A DNA stretch of 64,000 nucleotides from Candidatus Poribacteria bacterium (GTDB taxonomy: Bacteria; Poribacteria; WGA-4E; WGA-3G), in assembly GCA_965198235.1 (NCBI GenBank), contig OZ240248.1, positions 416,001-480,000 of the forward strand. The letters run 5' to 3'. Made by a program: the position numbers and the translations under genes. This document shows, piece after piece, positions 40,007 to 49,482 of the stretch. The notes under the pieces were generated by a model. The model searched no databases. It saw nothing but the letters and a program-made list of their open reading frames with translations, and was not told the origin of the DNA. Within the stretch, counting starts at the first letter, position 1. Each line of letters starts with the position of its first letter.

Positions 40007-40750
40007 TTAGTTGATTTTTATGCAGTCGTACCACTGTTGTGTTTTCTTTCCTTTTCGACTCAAAATCCCAGGTTTGCGTTCGACTGGGGGACCGAAGTCC
40101 CTATCTTTCTGCTTCAAAACATTCCAGTCGGGTGGAAACCATGTTCTGAGGGTTTTGCAGTTGACCTCAACGGTTTCGCCCTCCCATCCGCCGATTTTGT
40201 AGTACATCGGGCAGACCCATCGTTCTGCGCCGCGGGCATACCGCCGCCAGCCGATGACGAAGGCTTGTGCTCGGATAATATTTCCGTCCCTCCAGTGTCG
40301 TTCGACTCCGCTCCACGGATAGCCCGTTGTTCCGCCTCCTATACTAATTTCATCCCATCCTAAATCGTCGCGGAGCGTAATATAGGAGAAGTTTGTGCCC
40401 CACGGCGTATCGTCTGTGCTGAAATACCACCGCTGCCCACGATACCAATGGAGCGCGCCTCGGATCCGTGAACGGGAAACCGCTGCGCTTTCGATGGTCT
40501 CTACGATGTCGAATCGACCCCTATTGTTATAGGGGTTATGAACACCGGCACAGAGCGTGAGCGAGTTGATTTCAGGTCCGAACCACGTGCCGTTTGAACC
40601 GGGAGTTCTATAATAAAACCCCGAATTCGCGGGTTGGGCGCGTTCCGCAGGGTTCAGCCTTGCTCTGGCGTAGGTGGTCCAAAACGCGATGACGAGAACC
40701 ACTACGAGTAGAAATATATCAAAAATCAGATCCAAGTTTTTTCGTAACAT
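40007..40750 (-). CDS. Exported Trp-rich hypothetical protein, paralog A1
   Basis: N-terminal hydrophobic helix; YYRTPG, WFGPEI, DTPWGT shared with A2. Confidence 0.8.
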   Translation of the reverse strand: MLRKNLDLIFDIFLLVVVLVIAFWTTYARARLNPAERAQPANSGFYYRTPGSNGTWFGPEINSLTLCAGVHNPYNNRGRFDIVETIESAAVSRSRIRGALHWYRGQRWYFSTDDTPWGTNFSYITLRDDLGWDEISIGGGTTGYPWSGVERHWRDGNIIRAQAFVIGWRRYARGAERWVCPMYYKIGGWEGETVEVNCKTLRTWFPPDWNVLKQKDRDFGPPVERKPGILSRKGKKTQQWYDCIKIN

Positions 40751-40845
40751 TTATTTTAATAGTTGTCAGTTATCCGTCATCAGTTATCGGTTAAGAGGGT
40801 TATTGTTTAAGAAAAGTTATCTTTTTATTTAATGGTTATCAGTAG

Positions 40846-41541
40846 TCAGGGCTGTTTTTGTTTCAAATTTGCCCATGTGGTTGTTAATTTCCCTTTTGGT
40901 GAGACTGCGAGTCCGTCAATCGTAAACGTGTCTACCCACGCGCTCCCTGTGTTAACGTCCTCTGTGACGAATCCGGCGAGTACAAAGGCGATGATATCAA
41001 TGTGGTCGAAGTTTGCATCCTTGAAATCGAGGCGTGATTCGCCATCCGCATTCAATTGAAATCTGCCGTCCTTGAAGTGGAGTTCCATCTGTTGGAGTTC
41101 GTCGGTGTTCCAGCGTTGTTCGGGTCCGACAAACGCGCCGCCGTCCCTTGAGGCTTGCATATCATTTGTAAAAAAGAGGTAGTAGCCGAATTCCTCTATT
41201 TCGGTCACGGGATTTCGGAAGTGTTTTGCGAGTGCGATGCCGAATCGCGCGCGCGCTGCACCGACGGTTTCAAGGGTGATTATAAAGTCATTATAGGGAC
41301 CGGGATAGGCGATGAGTTGGTAGCGTTCAAATATGACACTCCATTGGTTTTGTGCCTGAATTTCTGCTTTTAAAAATCCATCCTCGACCATCCAGACGGA
41401 ATCGTTTCCCACGTGCTGCCAGTCATCTACTGCCTCTCGTTCAAAGTGGTCTTCCCAAAAAGCGGCGTTCGTGTCCCCTTGCAAAAGGAGGAGGGTATAA
41501 ATGATGATGAAGGCTTTTAGCGTGTGTACGATGTTTTTCAT
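40846..41541 (-). CDS. Secreted protein, paralog B2
   Basis: Paralog of 39230-39931; tail AVSPKGKLTTTWANLK. Confidence 0.8.
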   Translation of the reverse strand: MKNIVHTLKAFIIIYTLLLLQGDTNAAFWEDHFEREAVDDWQHVGNDSVWMVEDGFLKAEIQAQNQWSVIFERYQLIAYPGPYNDFIITLETVGAARARFGIALAKHFRNPVTEIEEFGYYLFFTNDMQASRDGGAFVGPEQRWNTDELQQMELHFKDGRFQLNADGESRLDFKDANFDHIDIIAFVLAGFVTEDVNTGSAWVDTFTIDGLAVSPKGKLTTTWANLKQKQP

Positions 41542-41613
41542 AGGTTCGACGGGGCGAGGTGTTTTTGCTTGGGTGTTTCCCTTAAGAAACCTCGCCAGTG
41601 AATTATAATCGGG

Positions 41614-42375
41614 TTATTTCAACGGTAGACAGTCGTACCAATTATTTGTGCGTTTTTCGCGACGGCTGAGTTGGTTGGATTTGGAACGAAATACCGGGTC
41701 TGTAAAATGCCCTTCGGTGTGACTCAGTACCTTCATGTTAAGCCGTCCACGCCCAGTCGCACAGATGTACTCCAAAGTTCCACTTTTGTAATACTTCGGA
41801 GCGAGGTATTTCTTGCCAGCGTGCTCGTATGGATAGTAGCCTATTATTTTCGATTTGGATTTTACTATGTCTCCTTCACGCCAGTGTTCCTCGAACCCGC
41901 TCCAAGGGAATCCGGTAGTGCTGTTCCCGGAGTCGATATCTGTCCAACCGATTTCGGATGCGAGGGTGACGCGGACGGTGTCTGTGCCCCAGGGTGTGTC
42001 GGTAGTTGCAAAACGCCACTCCTGTTTCCGATACCACCAGATTCTCCCCGGTCTTGAGGAGGGCCAGACTTTGGCTTCTTCTCTGGTATAGATGATGTCA
42101 AAGAATCCTGCGTCGTTAAATGGGTGCGCAATCCTGTGACAAAGCACTCGACTGTCGATTTCCGGTCCGAACCAGCGATTTTCGTCCTCGGAGGCTATTA
42201 ATTTGCCCGGGGTTCGGTAGTACTCACCCGCGGCTTTAGGAATGGCAATCTCCTGAAGGATAGTTCTCTCACCGTCTTTGTATATGCCGTGCAAGCCAGC
42301 ATTTGCGGGGAGAAGGAGAAATAGGATGGCGATGATTGCCGTTAGTATGAGTGTAAGGATGTGTTTATGTGTCAT
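41614..42375 (-). CDS. Exported Trp-rich hypothetical protein, paralog A2
   Basis: Start moved to MTHKHILTL (signal peptide ...ANA); paralog of 40007-40750. Confidence 0.8.
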   Translation of the reverse strand: MTHKHILTLILTAIIAILFLLLPANAGLHGIYKDGERTILQEIAIPKAAGEYYRTPGKLIASEDENRWFGPEIDSRVLCHRIAHPFNDAGFFDIIYTREEAKVWPSSRPGRIWWYRKQEWRFATTDTPWGTDTVRVTLASEIGWTDIDSGNSTTGFPWSGFEEHWREGDIVKSKSKIIGYYPYEHAGKKYLAPKYYKSGTLEYICATGRGRLNMKVLSHTEGHFTDPVFRSKSNQLSRREKRTNNWYDCLPLK

Positions 42376-42461
42376 ACGTGGGTGCCATATATAGTTTGAT
42401 GGCACGCGGTGTATACTTACTGCTTTAGAAATATAGTTTGACGGCACGCGGAGCGTGCCTA

Positions 42462-44009
42462 CTACTTTGCAAAGGGTGTGCCGTCTCGCCTGCCTATGTA
42501 GATGCGATATGCGGTGCTGGAGGCAGGAATTTCAACCTGTTTGTGAATAAGTGTTCGTTGATAACGTTCTGTCGCTGTTTCAAACACAGCGTGAACAGCA
42601 CGGATGTGAAGTTGATAATGAGCTTCTGTTAGGTTGTGGAATTTAAATTCGCCGTGTGCATCCGTTTCCACCTCAAACCGATCCAGCGTCATTGACATGT
42701 CATAGGGCTGTAATTCCCAGGGATACCACGAACGTGAAACGACAGCGTTGTGGACAGGCTTACCTGTATCTGCCCAGAAAACCTGCCCTTGTAGTGTTGT
42801 CGTAGGTTGATCCGCTACAACACGTACCTGTTCGGTATTCATTGATGCGTCCACATCAATTCGGGTCGCCGAGATACCGCTTCCAACGATGTAGAAAATA
42901 TATTTTTCCGCAAAAAGCCCGTCAACGACAAAAGCAGATTCTGCCACAGGAAAGTGTCTTGACAAAATCGGTTTGTGCAACACCAATGGGTTCAGACTTG
43001 GCTCCATCTGTGCATCTATGGGAAACACCTTCACAGTATACTGCCCGTCAGAGAGTATATTCTGCGGGAGGATCACACGTCCTTTAATGCTCGCCCCTTT
43101 CTTTAGTGGTAGAATTGGCGGCATTTTACCGATGTCTACGTTCTCGTATATTCTCGAAAAGTAACCCTTTTTGCTGACTTCAAGTGAAAGTAGTCGTGGT
43201 TCAGCCTCTAAGACCTCCATCTGAAAGTTGCCTGCCTCGTTTGTTTGTGCTGATGAGAGGAGTGCCCCATGTCCGTGAGATGTTTCCGCGTGCCGAGTTG
43301 CGTGGATCTGTGCCCCTGCTATTGGTCGTTCTCGTGCATCGACAACCGTGCCGCGTAACGTCTTCAATTTCGGCAGATGGACAGAAATCTGTGCCTGTTT
43401 TTGTGGATTAATGGACTCTACAAACGCTATGATAAGACCGTTCCGCGAAATTGTCAAGGTGTATTCGATTGGGTAGAGTTCGGTAAAATGGAAATTGCCT
43501 GTGGGACCAGTCTTCACTGCGTGTTCAATTGGTGCGGCGGTGCGAAAAAAGTCCGCCGACTTGTCGTGCATCTTCAGGTTCACAACAAGCCCAGCGACAT
43601 TTTTCTCGCCAGAAACGTTACCTTGTAGGGGTAGTGTCCGCCTCAACGCAATCATTCCCAAATTATATTTGCTTTTACTGGTGGACATTTCCTGCCGTAA
43701 GAGTTTCGCCTGATATTGTGGATGGAGTGCCATGAGTGAGAAGACGTGGTAGATTTGGCTTTCGTTGGGAATGGTCAGCGAAAAAGTGCCTTTCGTATCT
43801 GTTGCTGTTGCGTGTGCGAATTCTCGATCAGGATAGACACGCTCAATTTTTTCAGCAGCAAGGCGCACGAGGACCTCGGCGATAGGATGTCCATCTTCAG
43901 CAGCAACGAACGTGCCGTGGAAGGTGGTGTTATCTGGTGCTTGGCAGATGCCGGAGACGGTGCAGAGAAAGTGCAGCAAGATCAAGTGGATGATAAGTGT
44001 GTTATTCAT
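42462..44009 (-). CDS. Secreted carboxypeptidase-regulatory-like (beta-sandwich repeat) protein
   Basis: Repeated G.V.D...PI.GA.. and TD..G.F units; signal peptide. Confidence 0.75.
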   Translation of the reverse strand: MNNTLIIHLILLHFLCTVSGICQAPDNTTFHGTFVAAEDGHPIAEVLVRLAAEKIERVYPDREFAHATATDTKGTFSLTIPNESQIYHVFSLMALHPQYQAKLLRQEMSTSKSKYNLGMIALRRTLPLQGNVSGEKNVAGLVVNLKMHDKSADFFRTAAPIEHAVKTGPTGNFHFTELYPIEYTLTISRNGLIIAFVESINPQKQAQISVHLPKLKTLRGTVVDARERPIAGAQIHATRHAETSHGHGALLSSAQTNEAGNFQMEVLEAEPRLLSLEVSKKGYFSRIYENVDIGKMPPILPLKKGASIKGRVILPQNILSDGQYTVKVFPIDAQMEPSLNPLVLHKPILSRHFPVAESAFVVDGLFAEKYIFYIVGSGISATRIDVDASMNTEQVRVVADQPTTTLQGQVFWADTGKPVHNAVVSRSWYPWELQPYDMSMTLDRFEVETDAHGEFKFHNLTEAHYQLHIRAVHAVFETATERYQRTLIHKQVEIPASSTAYRIYIGRRDGTPFAK

Positions 44010-44155
44010 GTAATAGTTTCCCTGAACTTTTTAACAAGATTGTAGCATAGGACACAAAAGAATTCAGTCTGAGTTTGGTAACAAAAAAACAAGCCCCCTG
44101 GCAACAGAGGCTTGTCTTTCTAAAGGAACTATTTTTGCGTTTGCTTTGAGTGAGA

Positions 44156-44230
44156 TACCCCCGACGAGATTTGAACTCGTGTCGCCGCCGTGAAAGGGCG
44201 GTGTCCTTGGCCAGGCTAGACGACGGGGGC
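44156..44230 (-). tRNA. tRNA-Glu(TTC)
   Basis: Cloverleaf; anticodon arm CCGCC-CTTTCAC-GGCGG; T-loop GTTCAAAT; CCA not encoded. Confidence 0.95.
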
Positions 44231-44239
44231 AGAAAAATG

Positions 44240-44312
44240 TGAGCCGTACAGGGATCGAACCTGTGACCACCTGATTAAAAGTCAGATGCTCTACCAGCTG
44301 AGCTAACGGCTC
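44240..44312 (-). tRNA. tRNA-Lys(TTT)
   Basis: GAGCCGT acceptor, TAGCTCAGCTGGTAGAGC D arm, CTTTTAA loop, GGTTCGATCCC. Confidence 0.95.
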
Positions 44313-44328
44313 AAGTTAACAACATTTA

Positions 44329-44357
44329 ATGATACTATACTTTAAGGCGGATGTCAA
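44329..44357 (-). promoter_or_regulatory. Promoter of the tRNA-Lys/tRNA-Glu operon
   Basis: TTGACA-17 bp-TATCAT. Confidence 0.7.
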
Positions 44358-44420
44358 ATTAAAATTCAGAAATTTTAGAAAGTTTATGGAATATAATAAA
44401 CGACAGATGAGTTGTTTTTG

Positions 44421-44583
44421 TGGTATAATATTACTACATCGTGACGGTGGACTTCACCTCTCGCTTGAGAGTGCCACCGCACCGTTTTCGTAGACTTCAT
44501 CCGAAGTCGGAACCCCACGATCCACACAGAAAAGCGATGGATTCTCTCAGAATCCCACTGCTTTAGCTGTGGGAGTATGTCAA
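44421..44583 (+). mobile_element. IS200/IS605 right-end-containing non-coding element (omegaRNA-like)
   Basis: Ends AGAATCCCACTGCTTTAGCTGTGGGAGTATGTCAA; several hairpins; TGnTATAAT at its 5' end; no tnpA/tnpB in the window. Confidence 0.65.
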
Positions 44584-45864
44584 TTACCAAAGGGGACGTC
44601 CGAGCTGCACGATCTGATTTCTGTCGGGTCCGACGGAGATAATCGGAATTGGTACGTCGAGATAATCTGCGACATACGCGACGTAGTCTTTGGTCGGTTG
44701 TGGAATGTCAGCCGCGGTGCGTGCTTCGGTTAAGGATTGCTGCCATCCGGGTAGTGTTTCGTAGACGGGTTCGCATTCCTCTAAGACCTGCAGGCTACTG
44801 GGGAAAGTCGTTGTCTGTTTCCCTTTGTGGCAGTAGGCGACACAGACCTGGAGATCGTTGAGGGTATCAAACACATCCAGTTTCGTCAACGCGATGGCAG
44901 TTAGCCCATTGATTTGTGCGGCATATCGGAGTGCGACCAAATCAAGCCAACCACAACGTCTCGGGCGGCGTGTTGTGGCACCATATTCTTTGCCGATTTC
45001 CCGAATTTCCTCATCCAAGTCAGGTGGCATCTCTGTCGGAAATGGACCACCACCGACGCGTGTGACGTAGGCTTTGGAAACGCCGAGTATCTCTTGAATT
45101 GCTTTGGGTCCTATACCGAGTCCGGTACAGACGGCACCCGCAGTGCAGTTGGAAGAGGTAACGTAGGGATAGGTCCCGAAATCTATATCGAGCATAGTCC
45201 CCTGCGCGCCTTCAAAGAGGATCCGTTTCTCGGAAGCGAGAGCGTCGTGCATGAAAGCGACAGTATCCGTCACATAGGGTGCGATCCGCTGTGCGTAACT
45301 GTGATAAGTTTCGAGAAGGATGTGTCGTTCCGGTCCGCCTATTTGGAGTGCATCTGCCTTGGTTTCGAGGTTGTAATCCAACTTCTTTTGGAACTGGTCA
45401 AACTCAAGGAGGTCCCCCACGCGAATGCCAGCGTGTCGGTTCATCTTGTCAGAGTAGGTGGGACCGATACCGCGGGAGGTGGTGCCGATTTTGGTAGCAC
45501 TCCCCATCTGTTCCCACTGTTCGACAGTCTTGTGGTATGGCATAATGAGATGTGCGCGATCACTGATTTTCAGGTTATCGCTGCTGACTTCAATGTCCTG
45601 CGCCTGTAGCCGATCAATCTCACCGAAAAGTGTCTCCAAATTAATGACGACCCCGTTGCCAATAACGTTGACGGTATCGGGTCGTAGGATGCCAGATGGA
45701 ATCAAATGGAGAATAAACGTCTTTTCTCCGAGAACGATGGTATGCCCTGCGTTATCGCCGCCTTGATACCGTGCGACAATATTCGCATCTGCGGCGAAGA
45801 CATCAGTCAGTTTCCCTTTACTTTCATCGCCCCATTGTGCGCCTAAGATGACAATGTTTGACAT
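44584..45864 (-). CDS. purA: Adenylosuccinate synthetase
   Basis: GAQWGDESKGK, GGDNAGHT, EGAQG, YGATTRRPRRCGW, TKLDV. Confidence 0.97.
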   Translation of the reverse strand: MSNIVILGAQWGDESKGKLTDVFAADANIVARYQGGDNAGHTIVLGEKTFILHLIPSGILRPDTVNVIGNGVVINLETLFGEIDRLQAQDIEVSSDNLKISDRAHLIMPYHKTVEQWEQMGSATKIGTTSRGIGPTYSDKMNRHAGIRVGDLLEFDQFQKKLDYNLETKADALQIGGPERHILLETYHSYAQRIAPYVTDTVAFMHDALASEKRILFEGAQGTMLDIDFGTYPYVTSSNCTAGAVCTGLGIGPKAIQEILGVSKAYVTRVGGGPFPTEMPPDLDEEIREIGKEYGATTRRPRRCGWLDLVALRYAAQINGLTAIALTKLDVFDTLNDLQVCVAYCHKGKQTTTFPSSLQVLEECEPVYETLPGWQQSLTEARTAADIPQPTKDYVAYVADYLDVPIPIISVGPDRNQIVQLGRPLW

Positions 45865-46104
45865 ACAAAACCTCTTGCTACTCACAAATGCTTGTAAGCG
45901 CGGTGCCTGCTCGCGCTTGTTTTACAGCCCACGCGTCCTTTTAACATTATAGTAAAACTGATGATTTAACGGTACGCTGTTGCTGGCGGAGAAGGAATGC
46001 GCGTGTGGCATTCCAGAAGGGGTTTCCAAAGAGGGTTGAAACCCTGCCAGCGAGAGATGGAGATTTGCGTTAAATTTTGTAAACGTCCGAAGAACTCGAC
46101 AACT

Positions 46105-46500
46105 CTAACGCTTGGAGAATTGGAAGCGTGCCCGTGCGCCTTTTTGTCCGTACTTCTTCCGCTCGACCATTCTCGAATCGCGTGTTAAAAATCCTGCCTT
46201 TTTCAATGGAGGCTTCAAGGATTCATCCGCTTTGACGAGTGCGCGTGCGAGTCCGTGTGAGATCGCTCCAGCCTGTCCAGTCTTTCCGCCACCTTTTACG
46301 TTGACGTGGACGGCATATTCGCCGACCTTCTCAACATGCTCAATGGGGCGTTGTGCTGCCTGCCAGTGGTCTGCGCGTTCAAAGTACTCTTGAATCGGTT
46401 TTTTGTTAACGGTAACCCCGGCTTCACCCCCCGAAATGATTCGGACACGCGCGACTGAGGTTTTGCGTCTGCCGGTTCCCCAGAATTGTTCAATAGCCAT
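46105..46500 (-). CDS. rpsI: 30S ribosomal protein S9
   Basis: GTGRRKTSVARV, GGGKTGQAGAI, QFSKR. Confidence 0.97.
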   Translation of the reverse strand: MAIEQFWGTGRRKTSVARVRIISGGEAGVTVNKKPIQEYFERADHWQAAQRPIEHVEKVGEYAVHVNVKGGGKTGQAGAISHGLARALVKADESLKPPLKKAGFLTRDSRMVERKKYGQKGARARFQFSKR

Positions 46501-46559
46501 ACTGTTCGTACTCTCCGTAGTTGTAGGAGCACCCACTGCTGACGGCTCCTCAACTTAAC

Positions 46560-46997
46560 TTAAAATGTTAAGACTTCCGGTTCCTGTGCTTGATGCGGGT
46601 GTGTCGGTCCGGTGTAAACCCTGAGTCCCTTCATCAGTTGCCGACCGAGGTGATTCTTTGGGAGCATTCCCTTAACGGCGTTCGTGATAATCACCTCTGG
46701 TTTGCGATTCATTTGTTCATCAAAAGTTCGGTATTTATCACCGCCGGGATAGCCGCTATGCCTAAAGTAGGTTTTCTGTTCCCCTTTATTGCCTGTGACG
46801 ACTACTTTCTCCGCATTCACAACAGCAACGCGAAAACCTAAATCGGCGTGGGGTGTAAACCGCGGGTCATTTTTTCCGCGCAGTACGTGTGCGATACGGG
46901 ATGCTAAGCGCCCGAGCACCTGCCCTTCGGCATCTACCACATACCATTTAATGTCTTTTTCCGTTTTCGGGAAATAGGTTTTCGTTCTCAGTACCAT
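46560..46997 (-). CDS. rplM: 50S ribosomal protein L13
   Basis: WYVVDAEGQVLGRLAS, HSGYPGG, GMLPKN. Confidence 0.97.
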   Translation of the reverse strand: MVLRTKTYFPKTEKDIKWYVVDAEGQVLGRLASRIAHVLRGKNDPRFTPHADLGFRVAVVNAEKVVVTGNKGEQKTYFRHSGYPGGDKYRTFDEQMNRKPEVIITNAVKGMLPKNHLGRQLMKGLRVYTGPTHPHQAQEPEVLTF

Positions 46998-47135
46998 GAT
47001 TTCCTGTCCCTTCAACCGCATTTAGCCCGTGCAAGGGCAAATTTGGCTTTGCGTTACGCTGCTTATTGTAGTTTGTTGTTCGAGTGTGTCTTTCTCAAAA
47101 AGATATTTTCACAATTGCGAACACAACCGAATAGT

Positions 47136-47164
47136 ATTATACTACAAAAGAGAGCGTTTGTCAA
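47136..47164 (-). promoter_or_regulatory. Consensus sigma-70 promoter of rplM-rpsI
   Basis: TTGACA-17 bp-TATAAT on the minus strand. Confidence 0.8.
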
Positions 47165-47480
47165 ATTTTTTACATCTCTCTATCGGAACGTATGGTTGTC
47201 AGTTGCGAATTAGAAGTTTAAAAATTTTCTCGATTGTGTGTTTGAAGGAAGCGTCAAGGAACAAGAATTGTCTATTATGAAGCCAATTTAAGATGCGAAT
47301 TAAGCAAAAATTGATGGCTGAACCGCGAATAGTCATATAAACGCATTATTATTAGAAGTGTAACCTGATTTACTTGGAAAAACGCGTTATTCTGCTTTGC
47401 ATATTTTGCTTTTATTATGTTATACTATGCGCTATAAGAAATCTGGACGAACTGAAAATAAGATACAGGAATTTGAAATA

Positions 47481-48674
47481 ATGCGAATTATTCTTTACAC
47501 AGGTAAAGGGGGTGTCGGCAAAACAACGATTGCCGCTGCTACAGGTATCAAACTCGCAGAACTTGGTTACAAAACTATCGTGATTTCGCTTGACGTGGCG
47601 CATTCGCTCCGAGATGCATTTGATAACCACGAAAAACTCGTTCGCCAGAGTGAAGAGAAACAGATCCAAATCAGAGACAATCTCTGGATACAGGAAATTA
47701 ACGTTCAGGAAGCAATTGTTGAATACTGGAACGATGTGTACGGCTACATCCGTTCGTTGCTTAACCGTTCTGGACTTGACAGCCTCGTTGCTGAGGAGAT
47801 AGCGGTGTTTCCGGGGATGGAGGAGATTTGCGCGCTTCTGTATATCAACCAATATGTCCGGGAAAAAAGTTATGATGTGATTATTCTTGATTGTGCACCG
47901 ACTGGTGAGTCGCTCCGGTTTGTTAGTATACCTACGACGCTGGAGTGGTATATGAGCCATATTTTCAAATTGGAACGCAATCTTGCGAGAGTTGCGGGTC
48001 CGGTCATCGAACGGGTGAGTTCCGTCCCGATTCCACGAGATAATTACTTTCAGAATATTCAAGATTTATTCGATAAATTGGAAGGGATTGATGGTGTTCT
48101 GACGGATCCGAAAATCACGACGGTCCGCTTAGTGACGAATCCGGAAAAAATTGTTATTAAAGAGACGCAGCGGGCATTTATGTATTTTTGCCTTTACGGG
48201 TTGTGTATTGACGCTGTAATTATCAATCGTATCTTCCCCGATGGCGTTGATGCGGCATACTTTGAGACTTGGAAACGGTCCCAACAGCACTATATTGAGG
48301 AGGCAATGGACTATTTTTCGGACGTACCGATTTGGAAGGTGAACCTCTTCACGGAAGAAATTGTGGGAGAACGGGGCCTGCGTCAGTTGTCGGACACGCT
48401 CTATTCAGAGATTAACCCGGCAGATCAGTTCTCTAAAGAACGCCCGTATCAATTCCAAAAAATGGGAGATACCTATCAGTTGTCTATGCGTCTCCCGTTT
48501 CTGAGCAAAGAGGAAATTGGATTGACAAAACATGGCGATGAGTTAATTATCACAGTGGGTGGTTTCAAGCAACATGTCGCGTTGCCGCGGACGCTCTCGA
48601 ACAAAAAAACGACCGGCGCGAAACTCACCGGTGACCAACTCGTGATTAAGTTTGAAGGAGAGAGCCGGACCTGA
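47481..48674 (+). CDS. ArsA/Get3-family ATPase with C-terminal HSP20-like domain
   Basis: GKGGVGKTT, D.AHSL, DCAPTG; C-terminal beta domain ELIITVG. Confidence 0.9.
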   Translation: MRIILYTGKGGVGKTTIAAATGIKLAELGYKTIVISLDVAHSLRDAFDNHEKLVRQSEEKQIQIRDNLWIQEINVQEAIVEYWNDVYGYIRSLLNRSGLDSLVAEEIAVFPGMEEICALLYINQYVREKSYDVIILDCAPTGESLRFVSIPTTLEWYMSHIFKLERNLARVAGPVIERVSSVPIPRDNYFQNIQDLFDKLEGIDGVLTDPKITTVRLVTNPEKIVIKETQRAFMYFCLYGLCIDAVIINRIFPDGVDAAYFETWKRSQQHYIEEAMDYFSDVPIWKVNLFTEEIVGERGLRQLSDTLYSEINPADQFSKERPYQFQKMGDTYQLSMRLPFLSKEEIGLTKHGDELIITVGGFKQHVALPRTLSNKKTTGAKLTGDQLVIKFEGESRT

Positions 48675-48679
48675 AGTGT

Positions 48680-49411
48680 ATGGGCATCAAAACGGACAAG
48701 GCGGTTTTTGCTGTAACAGGGACGACGCTTTTAACGTTCTTAATAGCAAGTCGCATCGGGACTATCTGGATACTTTATCCGAACGTATTAATCGCGGCTA
48801 CTTTGTGTGCTTATTATATCTGGCGGACTGACGAAGAAACTTCACTGCTTTCAAGTAGTTCCGTTTTTGGATTTGCAACGACGCTGACATACGTGCCGCT
48901 GGACTGGTTACTCTCGCGAAAAGCGCGTCTAATTTTCTACCTTCGTCCGGATTTTCTGGCGAATCTAACGACCCCGATTGGAATAATCCTGAACTGGATA
49001 GTGTTCGCGACGCTGGCAGCATACTGCTATCTGCGGCTTACAATGATTTTCCGAACCCGTTTCGCGTCTGAGGTTGGCAATCCGAGAATTGGCTTCACGG
49101 GAACTGCGATGTTGGCGGCGGGTGTCACCGGCATCGGTGCGGCGTTGGGAAGTAACATAATTTACGCGCTTGGGGAATCGCATTTGTGGCTGTGGAATGC
49201 AACACAGGTGGATCGGATACCAGAGATTGCATCCGTACCGGTTTTTGTGCCGATTTCTTTCCTTGTTACTTTTCTGCTGTGCCCTTACTTTTTCGGGATA
49301 GCCGGTGGTTTCCTGAGAGAACAACACGCTGGTGTCGCTGGAATACGGTGTGGCATCTTTATGGGATCACTGCAGTTTTTCAGTTTTCTTCTGTTTTATG
49401 TCTGGAAATAG
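48680..49411 (+). CDS. Integral membrane protein
   Basis: Multiple hydrophobic helices; 5 bp after the ATPase stop. Confidence 0.7.
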   Translation: MGIKTDKAVFAVTGTTLLTFLIASRIGTIWILYPNVLIAATLCAYYIWRTDEETSLLSSSSVFGFATTLTYVPLDWLLSRKARLIFYLRPDFLANLTTPIGIILNWIVFATLAAYCYLRLTMIFRTRFASEVGNPRIGFTGTAMLAAGVTGIGAALGSNIIYALGESHLWLWNATQVDRIPEIASVPVFVPISFLVTFLLCPYFFGIAGGFLREQHAGVAGIRCGIFMGSLQFFSFLLFYVWK

Positions 49412-49482
49412 GGGCGGATTGATAAGGGGTCGGTTCATTTTGCGACAAAAGCCTTCAATTGTTAGGAAAGGAAATCATAGAC

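Noticed and set aside
36544-44155. Genomic island integrated at tRNA-Glu
   Set aside because: No integrase and no duplicated tRNA 3' end found by eye
44384-44590. 68-aa ORF MVIDILPQLKQWDS...
   Set aside because: Reverse-strand translation of the IS200/IS605 right-end hairpin, unlikely to be a gene
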